Part shown: positions 61,389 through 64,000 of the stretch, in pieces | Numbering within the stretch: the first letter of the stretch is position 1 | Layout: each line of letters opens with the position of its first letter | Assembly (NCBI GenBank): GCA_902599495.1 | Contig: CACKFY010000002.1 | Location: forward strand, 55,760 to 119,759 | Source: an uncultured Pelagibacteraceae bacterium | Lineage (GTDB): Bacteria > Pseudomonadota > Alphaproteobacteria > Pelagibacterales > Pelagibacteraceae | Direction of reading: 5' to 3' | DNA: 64,000 nucleotides | Translations under genes and position numbers: made by a program | The notes under the pieces: model-generated | What the model saw: the letters and a program-made list of their open reading frames with translations, nothing else | The model's database searches: none | What the model was told of the DNA's origin: nothing

Positions 61389-61757
61389 ATGTCAAAAGAT
61401 CTTTTAGATATAACAGAACTATCACGTATGCTTAACTTGGTCGATGAAAAATCTGGAAAGCCATTAAATCATATTTTAAGATATTGGGAGAAGGAGTTTA
61501 AGGATATTAAGCCAACTTTTTTATCTGGAAAAAGACGTTATTATAATAAAAAACAAGTTGAAAAAATTAAGTTCATCAAGTTTTTACTAAAAGACAAAGG
61601 TCTAACAATAAAAGGCGTTAAAATGTTTTTAAAAGAAGAAAAAAATATTGACGGATCACTCAAAAATACTATAGAAAAAGATTATTTTAAAAGTAAATTA
61701 AAGGATAAATCAAAAAACTTATTAAAGAAATTAAAAGGTTTGAAAAAGTATGGCTAA
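61389..61757 (+). CDS. MerR-family HTH regulator (start ATG 61389)
   Basis: ITELS...HILRYWEKEF..IKP...RRYY...GLTIKGV. Confidence 0.88.
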   Translation: MSKDLLDITELSRMLNLVDEKSGKPLNHILRYWEKEFKDIKPTFLSGKRRYYNKKQVEKIKFIKFLLKDKGLTIKGVKMFLKEEKNIDGSLKNTIEKDYFKSKLKDKSKNLLKKLKGLKKYG

Positions 61758-61941
61758 GAAAACACATTTAAAAGTAAGAATGGTACCGGAAAGTAAACCG
61801 GATAGCGCGTTTGTATACTATGCAAAAAAACCAACTAAAGGTGAAAAGGCAAAAGTTAAATTAAAAATAAAGAAATATAATCCCAACACAAGAAAGCATG
61901 AGTTTTTTATTGAAAAAAAACTACCTCCTCATAGTAAATAA
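61750..61941 (+). CDS. rpmG: 50S ribosomal protein L33 (zinc-free type)
   Basis: MAKK..KVRMV...YY..K...KLKIKKYNPNTRKHEFFIEKK. Confidence 0.88.
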   Translation: MAKKTHLKVRMVPESKPDSAFVYYAKKPTKGEKAKVKLKIKKYNPNTRKHEFFIEKKLPPHSK

Positions 61942-61942
61942 T

Positions 61943-62221
61943 TTATTTCTTAAAATTTCTGTATTCATATTTAATATAAGCTTTAATCATTGAAGCCCAA
62001 ATTTCTTTTGTTATTCTCGTATCTATATTTTTTTTTTTTGACTTTATTTTGATATTTTTTAAAATTTTCTTAATCCTTTTTTTATCAACAATTTGATTTT
62101 TATATCTTTTAGTTAAAAGCACTTGGTTTACAAGGGAAGTTCTTTTTTTAACTAATACTAAAAATTTATCATCTAATTTATCAAGTTTTTTTCTAATTTT
62201 TATCAGCCTCTTATTTATCAT
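61943..62221 (-). CDS. Chorismate mutase type II (AroQ-like; likely start ATG 62221)
   Basis: LIKIRKKLDKLDDKFLVLVKKR...IVDKKRI...IWASMI. Confidence 0.8.
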   Translation of the reverse strand: MINKRLIKIRKKLDKLDDKFLVLVKKRTSLVNQVLLTKRYKNQIVDKKRIKKILKNIKIKSKKKNIDTRITKEIWASMIKAYIKYEYRNFKK

Positions 62222-62270
62222 AGCGACATAAAGATTATATGAGATTTGTATCAATGACTATATATTTATA

Positions 62271-63290
62271 ATGATGGAATTAATTAATAAAGATTATAAG
62301 GAAGTTATTTCTAATTGGCTTTTAGTTGCAATAATATTAGTTTTTTTGATGATAATAGTCGGGGGTTTGACCAGATTAACAGATTCTGGATTATCAATTA
62401 CTGAATGGGAATTATTTCAAGGTATTTTTCCACCGCTCAGTAATGATACATGGAATATTTACTTTGAATTATACAAACAGATACCTCAATATAAAATTTT
62501 AAATCCTAATATGACTATGGGGGAATTTAAAGTAATCTTTTATTGGGAATATTTTCACAGATTATTAGGAAGAATTATAGGTCTATTTTACATAATTCCT
62601 TTAATATATTTTTCTTTTAAAAAAGTTTTAGATACAAAATCCTTACTATTTTTATATGTAATTTTTTTATTAATTTTATTCCAGGGTTTTTTAGGCTGGT
62701 ATATGGTTGAAAGTGGATTGATTGAAAATGTTTCAGTTAGTCACTTTAGACTTTCAATTCATCTTTTTTTTGCTTTTTTAATCATTTCATCATTAATTTG
62801 GAGTTATTTAAATATCAGCTCTAATAAAATTAAAAAATTTTTTAATTTTAAAAACAAATTAATTTTGGTTTTGTTTTTTTTACTCTTATTACAAATTATT
62901 GTTGGAGCATTTGTATCTGGTTTAGATGCAGGTTTAATATATCAAACTTGGCCAAAAATGAATCTTACATATTTTCCTGATGATTTAAAGACTGAAAATT
63001 TGACAATTAAGTATCTTTTTAATGATCAAAGTTTTATTCAATTTTTACACAGATGTATTGCCTATATAATTATTTTATTTGTTATTTTTTTAGGTGCAAG
63101 AATGTATTTATTCAATAAATACAAATATAGAAATTATTTTATCTTTATGTTATTAGCTTTGTTTACCCAGGCAGTTTTAGGAATATTTACTTTAATTAGT
63201 GGTTTAAATCTTTATCTAGCCTCATTACATCAAATTACCAGTGTAATCTTAATATATACGGTTCTAAATTTTTATCATAAATTATCATAA
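62271..63290 (+). CDS. ctaA: Heme A synthase (COX15/CtaA)
   Basis: GGLTRLTDSGLSITEW, WEYFHRLLGR, VSHFRL, GLDAG, QFLHR, HQ. Confidence 0.95.
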   Translation: MMELINKDYKEVISNWLLVAIILVFLMIIVGGLTRLTDSGLSITEWELFQGIFPPLSNDTWNIYFELYKQIPQYKILNPNMTMGEFKVIFYWEYFHRLLGRIIGLFYIIPLIYFSFKKVLDTKSLLFLYVIFLLILFQGFLGWYMVESGLIENVSVSHFRLSIHLFFAFLIISSLIWSYLNISSNKIKKFFNFKNKLILVLFFLLLLQIIVGAFVSGLDAGLIYQTWPKMNLTYFPDDLKTENLTIKYLFNDQSFIQFLHRCIAYIIILFVIFLGARMYLFNKYKYRNYFIFMLLALFTQAVLGIFTLISGLNLYLASLHQITSVILIYTVLNFYHKLS

Positions 63291-63295
63291 AAAAA

Positions 63296-63330
63296 TTGAC
63301 ATTTTCTTTTTTTGTTAGTAGTTATCGCCT
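63296..63330 (+). promoter_or_regulatory. Putative promoter of rplM-rpsI
   Basis: TTGACA (63296-63301), 17 nt, TAGTTA, then CGCC; very short leader to ATG 63336. Confidence 0.5.
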
Positions 63331-63335
63331 TTAAA

Positions 63336-63797
63336 ATGACACCACATATAAAAAAAAAAGAAATTAAAAATAATTGGTACGTTATTAACGCTGAAAATGC
63401 TGCTGTGGGTAGGCTTGCTGCATTTATTTCAAAAGTTTTAAGGGGAAAAAATAAAGCTACATTTAATCCTCACATTGATAATGGTGACTATGTAGTAGTT
63501 ACTAATATAGAAAAAATCAAGTTTACAGGAAAGAAGTTTGCTAATAAGAAATATTACAGACATACTGGTCATCCTGGTGGTATAAAAATATCATCACCAT
63601 TAACTCTTTCTAAAAAAAATAAATCTCAAGAAATATTAAAGTTAGCTGTAAAAAGAATGCTTCCTGGTGGACCTCTAGCAAAAAAACAGTTAACAAAACT
63701 TAAAATTTATTATGGACTGTCACATCCTCACCAAAATCAAAATCCTAAAGAGATTAATTTTGGAAATTTAAATAAAAAAAATATAGTTAAAAATTAA
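63336..63797 (+). CDS. rplM: 50S ribosomal protein L13 (likely start ATG 63336)
   Basis: GRLAA, LRGKNK, PHIDNGD, HTGHPGG, AVKRMLP, HPHQNQNP. Confidence 0.97.
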   Translation: MTPHIKKKEIKNNWYVINAENAAVGRLAAFISKVLRGKNKATFNPHIDNGDYVVVTNIEKIKFTGKKFANKKYYRHTGHPGGIKISSPLTLSKKNKSQEILKLAVKRMLPGGPLAKKQLTKLKIYYGLSHPHQNQNPKEINFGNLNKKNIVKN

Positions 63798-64000
63798 TGG
63801 AACAAGTTCAATCAAATAAGATAAAAAAATTAAAACTTGATTTTAAAGACAGTAAATATTCTACAGGGCGTAGAAAAAAATCAATTGCTAAAGTATGGGT
63901 GAAAAAAGGATCTGGTAAAATTTACGTTAATGGAAAAGTTATGGCAGACTATTTTAAAAGACCTGTTCATCAACTGATCGTTACAAGACCTTTAGAAATT
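63797..64000 (+). CDS. rpsI: 30S ribosomal protein S9, N-terminal part (truncated by window)
   Basis: Hand translation ...YSTGRRKKSIAKVWVKKGSGKIYVNG...; follows rplM. Confidence 0.95.
   Translation, partial: MEQVQSNKIKKLKLDFKDSKYSTGRRKKSIAKVWVKKGSGKIYVNGKVMADYFKRPVHQLIVTRPLEI

Noticed and set aside
61648-61675. TTGACG-N16-TATAGA inside merR as an internal rpmG promoter
   Set aside because: Plausible but unsupported; such hexamers occur often by chance in AT-rich DNA
1-64000. CRISPR arrays, IS elements, prophage, defence systems, rRNA
   Set aside because: None seen; nearly all bases are accounted for by identifiable genes with very short spacers

Overview
AT-rich, extremely compact alphaproteobacterial chromosome segment. 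Gene content, synteny and streamlining point to Pelagibacterales (SAR11); this is an inference. Bases 1-15148 hold the end of the str operon (rpsG, fusA) joined directly to the S10-spc-alpha ribosomal superoperon, with no tuf and no rpmD. The rest is mostly housekeeping: rluC-like, lipB, mgtE, panC, galU, ugd, topA, plsY, pyrC'/pyrB, gatCAB, slt, dapA, smpB, folK, spoT, pyrE, pdxJ, acpS, lepB, rnc, recO, hemB, rpiB, glyA, nrdR, rib genes, nusB, hppA, bamE, rpmF, plsX, ihfA, rpmG, ctaA, rplM, partial rpsI, and one tRNA-Ser(GCT). A semi-accessory block at about 31-39.6 kb carries the most interesting signals. (1) A minimal, non-canonical TPP-like riboswitch sits in front of a ThiV-like Na+/solute symporter. 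Its pyrimidine pocket is intact but its thiazole- and pyrophosphate-contact bases are changed, so it may sense a thiamine precursor. (2) An O-methyltransferase is coupled to trhO, a possible mo5U34 tRNA pathway. (3) umuDC lies under a perfect alphaproteobacterial LexA box. (4) A PheC-like solute-binding protein is paired with a lipobox-bearing permease and no ATPase. No CRISPR array, IS element, integrase or rRNA was seen. All calls are by eye from motifs and synteny; no database searches were run.
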